Part shown: piece after piece, positions 25,541-38,551 of the stretch
Numbering within the stretch: position 1 is the stretch's first letter
How the letters are laid out: each line of letters starts with the position of its first letter
Source of the DNA: Anolis carolinensis
Lineage: Eukaryota
Assembly (NCBI RefSeq): GCF_035594765.1
Contig: NC_085841.1
Span: forward strand, 266,878,525-266,942,524
Length of the DNA: 64,000 nt
Reading direction: 5' to 3'
The notes under the pieces: generated by a model
What the model saw: only the letters and a program-made list of their open reading frames with translations
Databases searched by the model: none
Told to the model about the DNA's origin: nothing
Program-made: the position numbers and the translations under genes

Positions 25541-27030
25541 GGCAGATGCCCCTCGGCCACCACCTGCCTTCCTTCCTTCCCTAGGCCATTCTTCCAGCAC
25601 TATCCTTCCAGACAGTACCTTTATTCCAGGAGCTCCTGCAGCAAACAGGAGTGGCCAGATACCAATCCCTTCTCTGTGAACCCAGAAGCAATTGCTACAA
25701 AAGGCAAAAACCGCGAGATTTCTAGGTGTGAGAATATCATGGTTTTTAGCTGAATATCTGGATTTTCACATGTCTGTATGTCCCTGCAATAGGAAATCAC
25801 AGGTTCTTTTTATCTGGATTTGTTTCCAGGTTTTAGATGTTTGTTTCTGATTGGTCAGTTCCTAAAAAAAAAAGGTGACACTTGAGTAGAAGGCAAAAAC
25901 TTTGTCCTTGTTATGGATCGGCCTGATGATGAAGGAGGATTTGGGGTTTTACAATTTGAAAATGTTGTGCAGTCTAGATTCATTTTTGTTTGACTTTTAA
26001 AGTAAATCCAATCAAACTGAAGCAGAGCCATGTTCTCTTCCCTCCCATCTTCCAAAAAAAAAAAACCCAAAAAAAAAACCAACAACAACCAAAAAACAAA
26101 AAAACCCTTTCCTCCAAATAATTTTAAAAGTTCATCCAAACAACAAAATACAGATTTTTTTTCCTACATACAGTTCAAAAATGGGGAGATACTTCCCCTC
26201 TCACAGTGTTTTGGAAATTCCAAAAATAGTTTTAGATTAGAGGTGTGATTCTTTGAGGCCCTCTTTTTATAAGCCCCTATTTCTAGTCATAGATATTTAG
26301 TTATGTTTTTCATAAGGTGGCAGCCCTAAACATGAATCTGACTTGGGCCGACAGTCAAGAGTTGCTTTCTGGCTGACTTCCTTTCTCCGGGGAGGCAACA
26401 AGCTTTCCTCAGTGGTCTTCCTTGTCCTTCATCTGACAGTTCTTGGCAACTCTAGCATTGTGTATTGTTAGCAGTGGTTTCTTCTTAATTAATGGAGAAC
26501 ATGTGTATATGTGTTCAGAAACAATTTTGCTGGAAATACCATAAAATGGTTTATGTCTACAGTAAAACCAACCAAAAAAAGGCGCTTAAAAATCTTCCTA
26601 AACTAAAGGTTTTGTTACCTCAGATCAACCCATGTTGTACAAAATACCATACCATACTTTGTCCAAAACCATTTCAACAGTCTGCAGCCAATGGTTACCG
26701 ATGAACAGGCATAAAGTAAACTGTTGTGTTACTTTTGTGGCTTTTCAAATTTGTGCTTCCCTTCTATGTTTCTATGTATATTTATGTGCTTTAAGTTAGT
26801 GTTATATTTTCCTCTTCAGCTTTGATTTCTGCAGGAAAAGCAATAAAATTTGAAGGACTGTCTTACAATTGTCCTTTATATAAATAGAATTTACATCCAT
26901 TCAAATTTTTTCCTATTGTAGAGAAAGATAAATTTGTGTGAATCTTTACTCCAGTTTGCTGATGTCCAGTTTTTAATTTAATGGCCAAACCTGGCCACTG
27001 AAAATGATTTATCTCCAAGTGCATCTATGT

Positions 27031-27715
27031 CAGGGGTCCCTAAACTAAGGCCTGTGGGCCAAATGTGGCCCTCTAAGGTCATTTTTCTGGCCTCGCCCGA
27101 AACCTGAGACTTAGGACCACCCGGTGGCGCAGTATGTTAAAGCGCTGAGCTGCTGAACTTGCAGACCGAAAGAGTGCAGGTTTGAATCCAGGGAGAGGAT
27201 TGAGCGCCTGCTGTTAGCTCCAGCTTCTGCCAACCTAGCAGTTTGAAAACATGTAAATGTGAGTAGAGCAATAGGTACTGTTCCAGCGGGAAGATAATGG
27301 CGCTTCATGCAGTCATACCGGCCACATGACAATGCCGGCTCTTTGACTTAGAAATGGAGATGAGCACCAACCCCCAGAGTCGGACGCAACTGGACTTAAC
27401 GTTAGGGGAAACCTTTACCTTTGCCTAAGTCTAAAATGACTTGAAGGTACACAACAACAACAATCCAAATTAACTTGACTTTCTCATCAGCCAATAGCAG
27501 GCACATATTTTCTATTGAAATACTGGTATATTTATGTTGATTAAAATTGTTCTTCATTTTAAATATTGCATTGTTTGTTCATTTTTTGCACTACAAATAA
27601 GATATGTTCAGTGTGCATAGGAATTTGTTCATGTTTATTTCAAACTATAGAAAGGCCGCCCAGCAATCTGAAGGCTATGAACCGGTCTTCTGCTTAAAAA
27701 GTTTGAGGACACCTG
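27031..27715. mobile_element. OC1-like non-autonomous hAT, interrupted by a Sauria SINE
   Basis: TIRs CAGGGGTCCCTAAACT / AGTTTGAGGACACCTG; colinear with 28738-29464; decayed TSD ATCTATGT/ATCTACAC; inserted into a Harbinger-like MITE end. Confidence 0.85.
27114..27422 (+). mobile_element. Sauria SINE (internal deletion)
   Basis: CCGGTGGCGCAG...GCTGAGCTGCTGAACTTGC...GGGGAAACCTTTACCTTT. Confidence 0.9.
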
Positions 27716-28291
27716 ATCTACACTGTAGAATTAGTACAATTTGATATCATTTTAATTGCCATGACTCCATGCTATGGACTCATGGGAGTTGTGGTTTTAT
27801 CAAATCTTTAGCCTTCTCTGTCAAAAGGTGTTGGTGCTGAATGAGCCCCACATTATGTGTCAGTGTAGCAGACACATAGATCTACGTTTAAGAGAAATTT
27901 ATCCAGAAGGAGGAAAAGGCACATATTAGATAAATATTCTATTCTTGGTCAAGTGGCCTTCCACTAAAGTCAATAGGAACTTCCCCATTTGAAAATCAAG
28001 ACAAGCAAACAGTAAATCTCCATGTACTCTATGTCTATTTTGCTGAAACTGATGGCATTCCTTTCAATCTCTCTTTCTAAGACATACTGTTGTGATCTTA
28101 CATTGCTGAAACTATTTGGATGTCTCAATAAGCCACATTTAAAGGTGGTTTATGTCCATTGGTTTTGTTATGCCAGGGCCAAATTGTCTGTATATCTGTG
28201 TATGTGTGTGTGTGTGTGCGTGCGTGCTTGCATGCTTCAACCAAAGCATTTTCTTCTTTTGGCACTTTGATATGGTACGTTTGTTATCCAT

Positions 28292-28305
28292 GTTGCCATA
28301 ACAAC
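28292..28305. promoter_or_regulatory. Candidate RFX X-box
   Basis: GTTGCCATAACAAC, near-palindromic X-box match in non-repeat DNA. Confidence 0.35.
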
Positions 28306-28737
28306 AATAATTGGTAATATATGAAAGAGGAGGGATTCCCTCAATGTTATGTTTTTATAGCAGCTGCACTCTATACTTTGTGGTTGAGTTCTTCTTTTGC
28401 CATTAGGGTTCTGGCTAGGTCTTTATTCCTATTTATGGATTTTTAGAGACGCCAATTGAGTGATGAACTCTGCAGTCAGGAAAATGTGATGTTATTAATA
28501 GAGCAGACTACATGGTGAGACATTAGATTTGGACCAAGCTCTTATGCCAGATGGTTTCTCTTGAAAACAGCAGCAATCAAGGAAAAAATCGAGATAATTA
28601 TAGTGGTATGATTCCACTATAACTGCCACAGCAACATGCTATGAATTCCTGGGATTTGCAGTTGAGGGAGAGAGTCTAGAATTCTCAGCCAAAGTGCTCC
28701 AGATGACAAATCCTAGAATCTCATACTTAGCCTAGAG

Positions 28738-29169
28738 CAGGGGTCCCCAAACTAAGGCCCGGGGGCCAGATGCGGCCCTCCGAGGTCATTTACCTGGCCC
28801 CCGCCCTCAGTTTTATAATATAATATATTGTACATACATATAATGTTGATAATAATATTATAATGTAATACAATATAACACTAATAATAATACCATATAA
28901 TAATATTAATTATATATTCTATGTTACATATAACATTACTAATCATATTACAGTATAGTGGTATAGTTCAATATAGTAATATATAATGCTAATATTGTGC
29001 TATGCTAATAATATAATATATTGTATGTACATATCATTTGTAAGCCACTCTGAGTCCCCTTTGGGGTGAGAAGGGTGTGATACAAATGTAGTAAATAAAT
29101 GCAGCAAATAAATAAATAAATAAATTTTAGACTTAGGCTCACCCAAAGTCTGAAATGACTTGAAGGCAC

Positions 29170-29200
<31 letters not shown>

Positions 29201-29464
29201 CCCTAATTAACTTGACTATCTCATTGGCCAGAAGCAGGACCACACTTCCCATTGAAATCCTGATAAATGTATGTTGGTTAAAATTGTTTTTATTTTTAAA
29301 TATTGTATTGTTCTTTTGTTGTTGTTGTTGTTTTTGCACTACAAATAAGACATATGCAGTGTGCATCAGAATTTGTTTGTAATTTTTTCAAATGATAATC
29401 CAGCCCCTCAACAGTTTGAAGGATTGTGGACTGGCCCTCGGCTTAAAAAGTTTGAGGACCCCTG
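28738..29464. mobile_element. OC1-like non-autonomous hAT carrying an AT-rich L2-tail segment
   Basis: TIRs CAGGGGTCCCCAAACT / AGTTTGAGGACCCCTG; perfect 8-bp TSD GCCTAGAG (28730-28737, 29465-29472); L2 tail at ~29035-29125. Confidence 0.9.
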
Positions 29465-29652
29465 GCCTAGAGAGTACTGTAATTGTTCTGCATTTCACTG
29501 AGTTCATGGCTACCATACTGCAGGCGTTCTCTGGGCTCATCTATACTGGCCATATAATGCAGTTTGATACTTGATTTTGTCTCAGCAACTAATTTATCCC
29601 TAGGTGGCCTTAGGCAAGTTAACATCTTGCTATCCCAACCTCCAATCTACTG

Positions 29653-29656
29653 GTTG

Positions 29657-29701
<45 letters not shown>

Positions 29702-29709
29702 TTGTTGTT
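29653..29709. repeat. (TGC)n/(TGT)n microsatellite
   Basis: Direct reading. Confidence 0.9.
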
Positions 29710-32239
29710 TGCCTTTAAATTTCCAAATTATCACAGGGTTTTCTTGCAAGCTCTGTTCAGAAGAGACATGCATTTTTGTTTCCATGGCTGAACAGGAATT
29801 TGAACCCTGGTCTCCCAGAGTTGTAAACCAATGTTGAAATTGCTATTCCATGTAGGTTCTTCAACCTAATACACAGCAATTATATTTTTGCATGTGGTTC
29901 TGTTGTAGAATTTATGGCATAATATGAGTGAAAAGTATCAGACAATTCACAAAAGCTGATAACTACGAGTAGGTATGTTGCTTTAGTTTTCAAATGTTGA
30001 GGTGCCATGAAGAAAAAGCTGAGCTGCCACAATCATCAGAAATGGAGCTTTATAGGTTTTTACTTATTTGCAGAAAAGTAACTTAATAAAAGTCTGACCA
30101 GGAAGCAGATTGACATGGGGGAGACTAATCCATATGGTAGTTTACTAATAAAGAGGTAGCACTTGCAACAAAGAACTTGCTGGTTTATGATCTGGTGCTC
30201 CTTCTGGTGAAGCACATAATGCAAAGGAAAGGGTGTTGAGGTTTTGCCCATCAGCCTATCCGTTCCTCTTGACCTGGCCAAATGATAAATTCTTCAAGGT
30301 CACAGCAGGTCCCATCTCCAGACTGGCTGAGCAGTAACTTCCTTGCCTTGTCCGCAGTTTCTTGCCTCTCCTCTTACCTTTCCTTCCTGTTGGTCTGCTC
30401 CCTTTCCAGTCAGGCGACTTGCCTATCTATCCTCCTCTGCTCATTGCCAGCCTACATCCTCATTCCAGCCCTGAACTGCTTTTTGGCCAGATATCCTGAA
30501 TCATTCCTCAGTGTTTGAAATTGACCCTGGCTTGGGATTCATCCTGGAGTGAGATCTCCCACACAGTATTTGGCCCATCTTCAGTCTCACTTAGAGCAAA
30601 CACCACCAGGGATATCAAGTCAAAGAATATTGGGTATAAAGTGTACCTTTAATTCAAAATGGAAATTCAGTTATGTGATTTTTTTGGACTATCTTCACCA
30701 CCATGGAGGGAAGGATGGGATTTGATCCCCCCCCCCCATTAAGGTGCCAATATGAGTTGGGTATTCTTTGGTGGTTTCATTCCTGCTGAGAATCTGGTTT
30801 CCTCTTGCTATGCAGTTAATTGCCAGTAGCCCAGAACTAATAAATGAAAAAGTTAATAACAATGAAGATACCATCAGAAATGATAGCATTTAAAATACAG
30901 GACAAATGAGGCATGCCTCACACTACTGGAAAAGCTGAAAACCTATATAATGAGCCAAGCTGTATAGGGACTGGGGGCAGAGATTGATAGCTTCTCATGA
31001 ATTTGGTGCCCAGTTAGATACATAAAAGCAAGCAAGGTGATGTCTCTGTTAATATTCCTTAGCGGTGAGATCCCAGTTGACCAGATTTCGAGTTGGGGAA
31101 CAAAATTTAACATTTTTCTTTCTATATTTTTTGTAAGAAATCAAATGACACAATACTCTAGGAATACATTAAGCCTTTCAGTTGAATAGTTCAGCAGCTG
31201 TATCCATGACTGAGCAGCCCTTTTTAAGATCCACTCTGCTCACCCCATACAGGGAGGGGGCTAGAAAAGGTGCCCTAAGCATAGTCTGCCTCTCTAATTT
31301 CTGGCTGGACTGCTGCATTCAGAGGGGCCATCACTTTGCGGGGTGAAAAAACAAAAACTTTGGAACATTGAACGTATGGACATTGTTGGATAATACAGAC
31401 AGTGAACACCCTAAATACAAGACTGCTATTATTTCAAGGGAGCTGAGACACTTTAACATTGATACAGCAGCACATCAAGAGATCTGGAGAGCAGGAGATA
31501 GACAGCTGATGGAAGAAAAGGAAGACTGCACCTTCTTCTGGAAGAGACTGCTGAAGAAGAATGAAGAATACATGCAGTCGACTTTGCCATCAGAAACGAC
31601 TTGGTGAAGCACCTGTCTGAAGCACCCATCGGCATTAATGAACAACTCTCAACCCTCTGGATTAATCTTGCCAAAAAAACCAGCAGTCAACCATCATAAG
31701 TGCCTATGCACCCAACTCTAGATGCTGACAAAGGCATCAAAGAAACTATTTATTGTCAGCTGGACACCATCCTATGGGAGATAGCGAAGAAGGACAAAAT
31801 CATACTCCTGGGAGATTTTAATGAGAGAGTTGGACGAGACATCGACCTGTGGCCAGGGACTATAGGAAAAGATGTGGTTGGAAACAGCAACCTGAATGGC
31901 ATCCTACTTCTCACCAAATGTGCAGAACACAACGTTGTCACCACAAACACACTCTTCTGCCAGTAAAAACAAGCTTAAGACATCATGGAAGCACTCTCAG
32001 TCAAATCATATAAGCATATAAACAACAACATAAAACTAAGAATAAAACAACACTCATCCTTCAATGGTGGTAGCTAATGGAAACATGACCAGGCTGTAAA
32101 AAAAATAGGGCAAGCGAATGGGAGAGCTGTAACCATGGGATGAGGGCATGGGATAAAGTGTAAGGCTGTATAACAAATTCATAGGTCAACTAGGGACTAG
32201 ACATCTTAGACTATGTAATTATACTTAGACAATATAATT

Positions 32240-32660
32240 ATAAGTCTACTAGTCCGCCATAGGAGACTTATGGATCCAGACGGATTTCTAACGGCTATTG
32301 GGAATTTTCCTGTCTCCTCAGTAGGTGATTCTGTTGAAGCTCTGGTGGACCTCTGCAATCGGGAGGTGACCAGGTCGGTTGACACAATCACTCTTTTCAC
32401 AAAGCAGAGCCAAGCCAGCTCCTTGGTTCTCCAGAGAGCTGGTGGCTATGAAGCAAGTGAAACAGGCTAGAGCTACGTTGGCAGAAATCTCACAGCAAAA
32501 CTGACCAAGCACAATCTAGAGCATATTTAAAAGCTTATTCAACAGCAATGAAGGCAGCACAAGAAATCTTTCGCTACTGCCAACATTGCAAATGCAAAGA
32601 ACTGCCTGGTCGAACTGTTTCGAGAGGTTACAGGACTTTTACACCCTGTCTCTCAGATGG
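32240..32660 (+). mobile_element. L2 ORF2 internal fragment inside RTE
   Basis: MDPDGFLTAIGNFP..GDSVEALVDLCNREVTRSVDTI..PW, typical of the squamate L2 region between EN and RT. Confidence 0.65.
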
Positions 32661-32669
32661 GTGTAAATG

Positions 32670-32910
32670 ATAAATTCATTGCTAGACTCTACAAAGTACT
32701 ACTAAAAACTATACAGAGAAAGATCAAGTTAAAGACCACATGATCAAATTGGCACAAAATATTGGACACAATATTGAAATGAATACATGGGAACACATGT
32801 GGAAGAGAGTGATAAAATTCACCCGCAATTATGGCCTCCAAGAGAATTTCTACAAGATAATGTACTGTTGGTATTTAACCCCAGAACAACTAGCAAAAAT
32901 CCAAGCTAAG
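32670..32910 (+). mobile_element. L1 ORF2 fragment inside RTE
   Basis: MIKLAQNIGHNIEMNTWEHMWK...LQENFYKIMYCWYLTPEQLAKI, homologous to 55320-55480. Confidence 0.8.
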
Positions 32911-35104
32911 AGAAAAAAATCAGTGGATTTTTCAGCCTTAGTAGAGTCATTGTATGTATATTTGTTATACCTTTCCTGCTACCTTGTGCCCAGAACGGTG
33001 AATCATATGGTTTGATTTATCATTAAATAAGTAAATAAAAAAGATTGCCTGAAAACGCAGCTCCAATGTGGCCAAAGAGGTTCTGTCACAAATCCCGCAA
33101 CCACAAACCAGGGATGGGTTTACAGCACTGCCAAATTTGGAGGATGTCAGTAGAGCCATCAACCAACTAAAAAAAATACAAAGCCAGTGGACCTGATGGG
33201 ATCCCTGCTGAAATCTTTAAAGAGAGTGGACCTAAGATGACACAATAACTCCATCAGCCCATTGAAAAAGTGTGGGCAACCAAGAAAATCCCAGCAGACT
33301 TCAAGGACACCACCACCATCACCCTTTTCAAAAAGAGGGACAGAACACACTGTGGAAACTATTGAGGTATCTCCCTTCCAACCTTCACTGGGAAAATCCT
33401 CACAAGAATCCTTGCAAGCCATCTTCTACCTATTTCAGAAGACATCCTCTCAGAATCCCAGAATGACTTCCACCTCTCCAGAGGAACAGTGGATATAATC
33501 TTCACTGCATGACAGTGCCAAGAAAAATATAGGGAACAAAATGAATTGGGATTCATTGACCTTGCAAAGGAATTCGACACAGTGAACCGCAGTGTTCTCT
33601 GGACCATCCTCTAAAAAATGAGGCTCACTAACAAATTTGTGAACATCCTGTGGCTCCTCTACTATGACATGATGGCAACAATCTTGGACAACAATGGCTC
33701 CCAAAGTAACCCATTTAAGATGGAATCAGGCGTCAAACAGGGATGTGTTATTGCCCAACCTTATTTTCCAGCTTTATCACTATGATACTATGTCTTATTG
33801 ATGGGAAGCTTCCTATTGGCATGGAAATAATCTATCAGACAGATGGCAAGCTATTTAACCTCAGCAGACTGAAAGCCAAAACCAAGGTCACAACATCTGT
33901 CATAGAACTCCAATATGCTGATGACAATGTAGTTTGTGCTTATTCAGAAGACCTACAAGCCACTCTTAACACCTTTGCAGAAGCATCCAAAAAGCTTGGC
34001 CTCTCACTGAACAATGAGAAAATCAAAGTGCTCTTTCAGCAGGCAACAGCTAATCCCTCTGCAATTCCAGATATACAGCTTAATGGTGTAATGTAAGAAA
34101 TTTTTGACCATTTCTGCTACTTTGGCAGTCAGCTCTCCACAAAAGCAAACTGAAATACAACACGGTCTGAGCTATGCGAGTGAAGCATTTTTGCGAATGA
34201 AACAGACAGTTTTTGAGTTTCAGGACATTCGTAGGGATACAAAGATGCTCATTAATAAAGCTATTGTCTTCCCAATCATGTTTCAAGCCTGTGAAATGTG
34301 GACCATCTACAGATGTCACACCTACTTCTGAAACGATTCCGTCAGCATTGCCTTCGAAAAATCCTGTAAATCTTCTGGGAAGACAGACGGACAAATGTCA
34401 GCATTCTGGAAGAAGCAAAAATCACCAGCATCATATCAATGATCCTCTGCCATCAATTCTACTGGACTGGCTATGTTGTCCAAATGTCTGATCACCATCT
34501 CCTAAAACAGTTACTATACTCCCAACTGTAGAATGGAAAACGTAATGTTAGTGGATAGGAAAAGAAATTTAAAGATGGGCCTAAAGCCAACCTTAAAAAC
34601 TGTGGCATAGACACCGAAAATTAGGAAGCCCTGGCCTTCAAATGTCCTAATTGGAGGTCAACTGTGACCAACAGTGATGTGGAATTCGAAGAGGCATGAA
34701 TGGAAGGCAAAAGAGAGAACTGTTGGGACTGCATTCCATCTGGAAATCGATGTCTTCACTGTGAAAGAACATGCAGATCAAGAATAGATCTCTACGGTCA
34801 CCTACGGATCCACTGCCATGACCCTACACTTGGAAGGTAATTATACTCGGCCACAAGCGATCACGTATGATGATGACAAAATCCTTTCCAAACAATGTCA
34901 CTTTGATTTGGAGCAGAAAGATTAAGGGAAATTTGCAAGCAAAACATAAATGTGAGCAATGTTTGTCAAAATTAGTACCAATTATAGAGGGTTTACAGCT
35001 TTGCCAAGACTTTGTGATGCTTAAGTTGTTTCAATTGGTAAGAGTGGCGAGACTAGAAACTGAAATATTTTCTGAATACCAAAATAGGGATTGGTCATAA
35101 TGCT

Positions 35105-35118
35105 CCAGCAGGTGGCGT
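35105..35118 (+). promoter_or_regulatory. Candidate CTCF site
   Basis: CCAGCAGGTGGCGT, strong core match with retained CpG. Confidence 0.5.
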
Positions 35119-35711
35119 CAAGCCTCATTCCCAGCCAAGAAGATTCTCACTCTCATGTCATTACAGAAAAAATGTAAATTAGAGCTATAGGACTTGGTGC
35201 GCTTCTGTTAGCGCCAATATTTTAGAACAATAGTGATTGGAGGTGTGTTACCCACATACATTTTCAGGGAAAGGGGCTGCTGGGCCTAAGGTTTATGGCA
35301 TTCAGCAGAGGTTTATGAAATGAGAAATAGATATTATAGTCAGGAGCTTATGCTAAATGTGAATAGTATATTTATTGCATATAGAGTACTTGTGCTATGT
35401 TGTTCTTTCAGTATAGCAACCAGTTGCATATCTACTCTAGCAGTGTAGGTGTGGACTTCCATTGTACACCGGTGACTGCACCAACAAAGAGAGGTAACGA
35501 ATCTACAAATTAGTCTGATTCCAGAATCTAGCTTTGGAATTCATTGGTAACTCAAAGACAGTAGATCCTGGGCATCTTTTGATTTCGTGGACTCCAAGTT
35601 AAGTGGTATGACTTATATTATTCAGGTCAGAAGAGAATAATGCGATGGGTGAGTTCATCAGTTGAGTTACTATATCGCTTGTTCTACATTTGATCTTTTT
35701 TATAATCTTTC

Positions 35712-35859
35712 CACTATGATGTGCTCATGTACAAGAGTACTACTGTAGTGTATAATTATATCTTCATATAACTCTATTAACCACTGGTTAATAAAGTTAT
35801 ATGAAGTTATCATAACTATACATTACAGTAGTACTCTTGTACATGGGCACATGATAGTG
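35712..35859. repeat. ~150-bp palindrome with 1-nt loop (foldback MITE-like)
   Basis: 35712-35783 is the reverse complement of 35785-35859 with a few mismatches and a small indel. Confidence 0.85.
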
Positions 35860-36095
35860 TAGATTCCATAAAATTAATGGATACTTCCCACTGTAGATTT
35901 CATTTAATGAATTGATATTTCCCCTGTCTCACTAATAGTTATGTGCCAGCTGAAAATGTTCAGCCATTTGCATAAGCGTTACATATGTGGAATTCTGTTT
36001 GCACAACCATTGGGTCAATATGCTTCAAATTTGTTAATGCTAGTATAAGGCATATACTAAGGGAAATGATGTGTGCACATATCATTCTGGCCAAG

Positions 36096-36913
36096 CAGAG
36101 CCGGCCCTAGGTATTTTTCAAGTGTAGGCGAAAAGAATTTTGGCGCCCCCCCCCCCAAAAAAAACCCAATCACTGAAAAATAAAAGCATTGGATAAGCGA
36201 AAATGTTGGATAATAAGGAAGGATTAAGGAAAAGCCTATTAAACATCAAATTACATTATGATTTTACAAATTAAGCACCAAAACATCATTTTTTACAACA
36301 AAACAATAGAAAAAGCAGTTCAATACATGGTAATGTTATGTAGGAATTACTATATTTGCAAATTTAGCACTAAATATTGAACAGGGATATAGGGCAGTGT
36401 GGACTTAGATAACCCAGATAGCCCTCAGTATTAAAAAAAACCCCTCTAAAATCAGGACAATAAATAAAGAACAACACTCTGAAAACAGAAGAAATCCAGA
36501 CAGTAAACAATCAGGGACAGCTAACACCTCCTAAAAAAAGATTATCCCAGGCAAGAAGAAGCCAGGCCTTGAAGCCACAGTGCCATTAAATGCTAATCAA
36601 GGTGATTAATTACAACATTCACACCTGCTTCAAAGAAGAGTTCTTTCTCCCACCCTGGACCTTCTACAGATATATAAACCCCACATACCTAGCTTCCAAG
36701 TTCCCACAGACCTCACAATCTCTGAAGGCCCCAAAGGTGAGCTCATGTGGTGTGAAGGTGGGCCCGCGCCGGCCGGAAGGCCCAGCGCAGGCACCGGGAG
36801 GTCCGAAGGAGAAGGAGGCGGAGAGTGGCGCCCTCCTCCCAGGACGATGGCGCCCCCGGGGCGATGGCGCCACAGGCGAGTGCCTAGTTCGCCTTATGGT
36901 TGGACCGCCTCTG
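36096..36913. mobile_element. Composite non-autonomous hAT carrying captured TE fragments
   Basis: Imperfect TIRs CAGAGCCGGCCCTA / rc CAGAGGCGGTCCAA; perfect 8-bp TSD TGGCCAAG (36088-36095, 36914-36921); Penelope pLTR piece at ~36425-36727. Confidence 0.85.
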
Positions 36914-37807
36914 TGGCCAAGTGATACCATGGGATTGTGATTTGGCCTGCTGCTAAAACCGTTAATGCTTGAATTTTCTGAGTTATACTTAATAGTGTCA
37001 TGAAGTCACCATAAATTGAGAGGCAATTTAAAGGCACATGCAACTACACTTTCTAAAGGTACCATTCAGACCAAGCTAAAACTTTGCTATGACTTCTTTA
37101 TTTCATTGATAGTTTAAAACATTTGATTCCCTTTGACTGGATTATGCTTCTAGAATACAGGGACAAAAATGTAATCTACTAATTGGAATTAGATGGACTT
37201 TGTACTAAAACATGCCCCCTCTCTCCACACTTTATAATCGAATGATGAAAATAGTATTGCAGTAGTTAGTATTGATGGCTGTTAGACTGAACTACAATGA
37301 CAGTGCTCCAGCACTGTAGGTAAATCTGATGATGCAACCCTCCCAAAAAAAAAGATATCTTTTCAGCTGGGCAATTTCTGAGGTGCTGCAGATTGGGTTA
37401 CTGGGCAATGATCTGTGCAGTATTAACTTAGTCATGGGGCTCCGCAAGAGACTCTTTGGAGTCCTGCTTCAACTTCTTCTGTTAAGATGAAAAGCCACAG
37501 GAGATAGTCCCATCTCCACTATTACATACCATAGCTGTCCCCATAGATGCCATCTCTTGTTGCAAGTGCAGTTCCCTAACATCCGCACAGGGAAATAGAG
37601 GCAGGGCATTAACTGTTGGGGATGATCTAGAAGAATTCTGGGGTTTGTAGTTTAGGGAGGCCAAGAACGTTTTGGGCTGAGCAGTTTAAAGGCCCCTCCC
37701 CTAAACTAGAAGCCCCAGAATTCTTCAGGAGGCAGCAACTGGATTTAAAGTGTATCTATGCTCTAGTGTGATGAGGTCCTTGGAGTCTAGGGGTGCTACT
37801 GATTACT

Positions 37808-37956
37808 GGCTGGATCTACACTGCCCTATTTCCCAGGAACTGAATCCAGATTATCTGCTTTGAACTGGATTATTTGAGTCTACACTGACAGATAATCTGG
37901 GATAAACAGATAATCTGGGATCAGATCCTGGGTTATAGGGCAAGTTAGATCCAGCT
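37808..37956. mobile_element. Palindromic PIF/Harbinger-like MITE
   Basis: GGCTGGATCTACACTGCCCTAT...ATAGGGCAAGTTAGATCCAGC; same family as 3369-3517. Confidence 0.75.
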
Positions 37957-38506
37957 ACTGTTGTCAGGGTTGGCTGGGAAATGTATAGGGAGCTGTCTCT
38001 AGAAACAGGTATATCATTAGGTCACTGTCACTTTCTTAATAACACTGGGAGCAGCAGAATCTCACTTTAGCCCTTCATTGTTTGATGAATGATGGGAATG
38101 GATCTTAAGTATTACAGCCTCCTACTGAGGATTAGCTCTGTTCCATGTCTCAATCCATGACTCTTTGGATTTAGCTTCTACAAACTATTATAAGGGCCAT
38201 AATCTTGGGTGTGGGTAGCTCTGATTTTATGTGAATATCCATGGAATCTTATTTGAATGTAGCATCATTCTTGTTCAAGCAGCCGCTTCAGATACCCAGA
38301 CCCATTTCACAATGCCATTTGCCATGCTGTGTGAGGAGGGTGTAAACATGTTTTCCCATAGTCTCCCACCACCTGCTTCAGAGCCAGCAGTGCAAACACA
38401 GTCCTTGCAGCGCTAATGTGAGCTCGAGATCATCGGCTGAAAGCTAGGCTGGCACAGATTTGCTGCTTTACAATACTGGCTTCAGAAGAGAAGGGAAAGG
38501 AGGAGA

Positions 38507-38512
<6 letters not shown>

Positions 38513-38549
<37 letters not shown>
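38513..38549. repeat. (GA)n microsatellite
   Basis: Direct reading. Confidence 0.95.

Positions 38550-38551
<2 letters not shown>

Larger units (their letters stand above)
31190..34878 (+). mobile_element. Near full-length RTE-clade LINE (non-BovB), decayed, with a central foreign patch
   Basis: APE endonuclease (NVWTLLD, IILLGDFNERVG, NSNLNGILLLTKCAEH), RT (GVKQGCVIAP-like, ELQYADD), (ATG)n tail at ~34867-34877; many stops and frameshifts; 5' boundary approximate. Confidence 0.9.

Noticed and set aside
36730-36913. CpG-island-like promoter
   Set aside because: GC/CpG richness is confined to the subterminal region of a young hAT element
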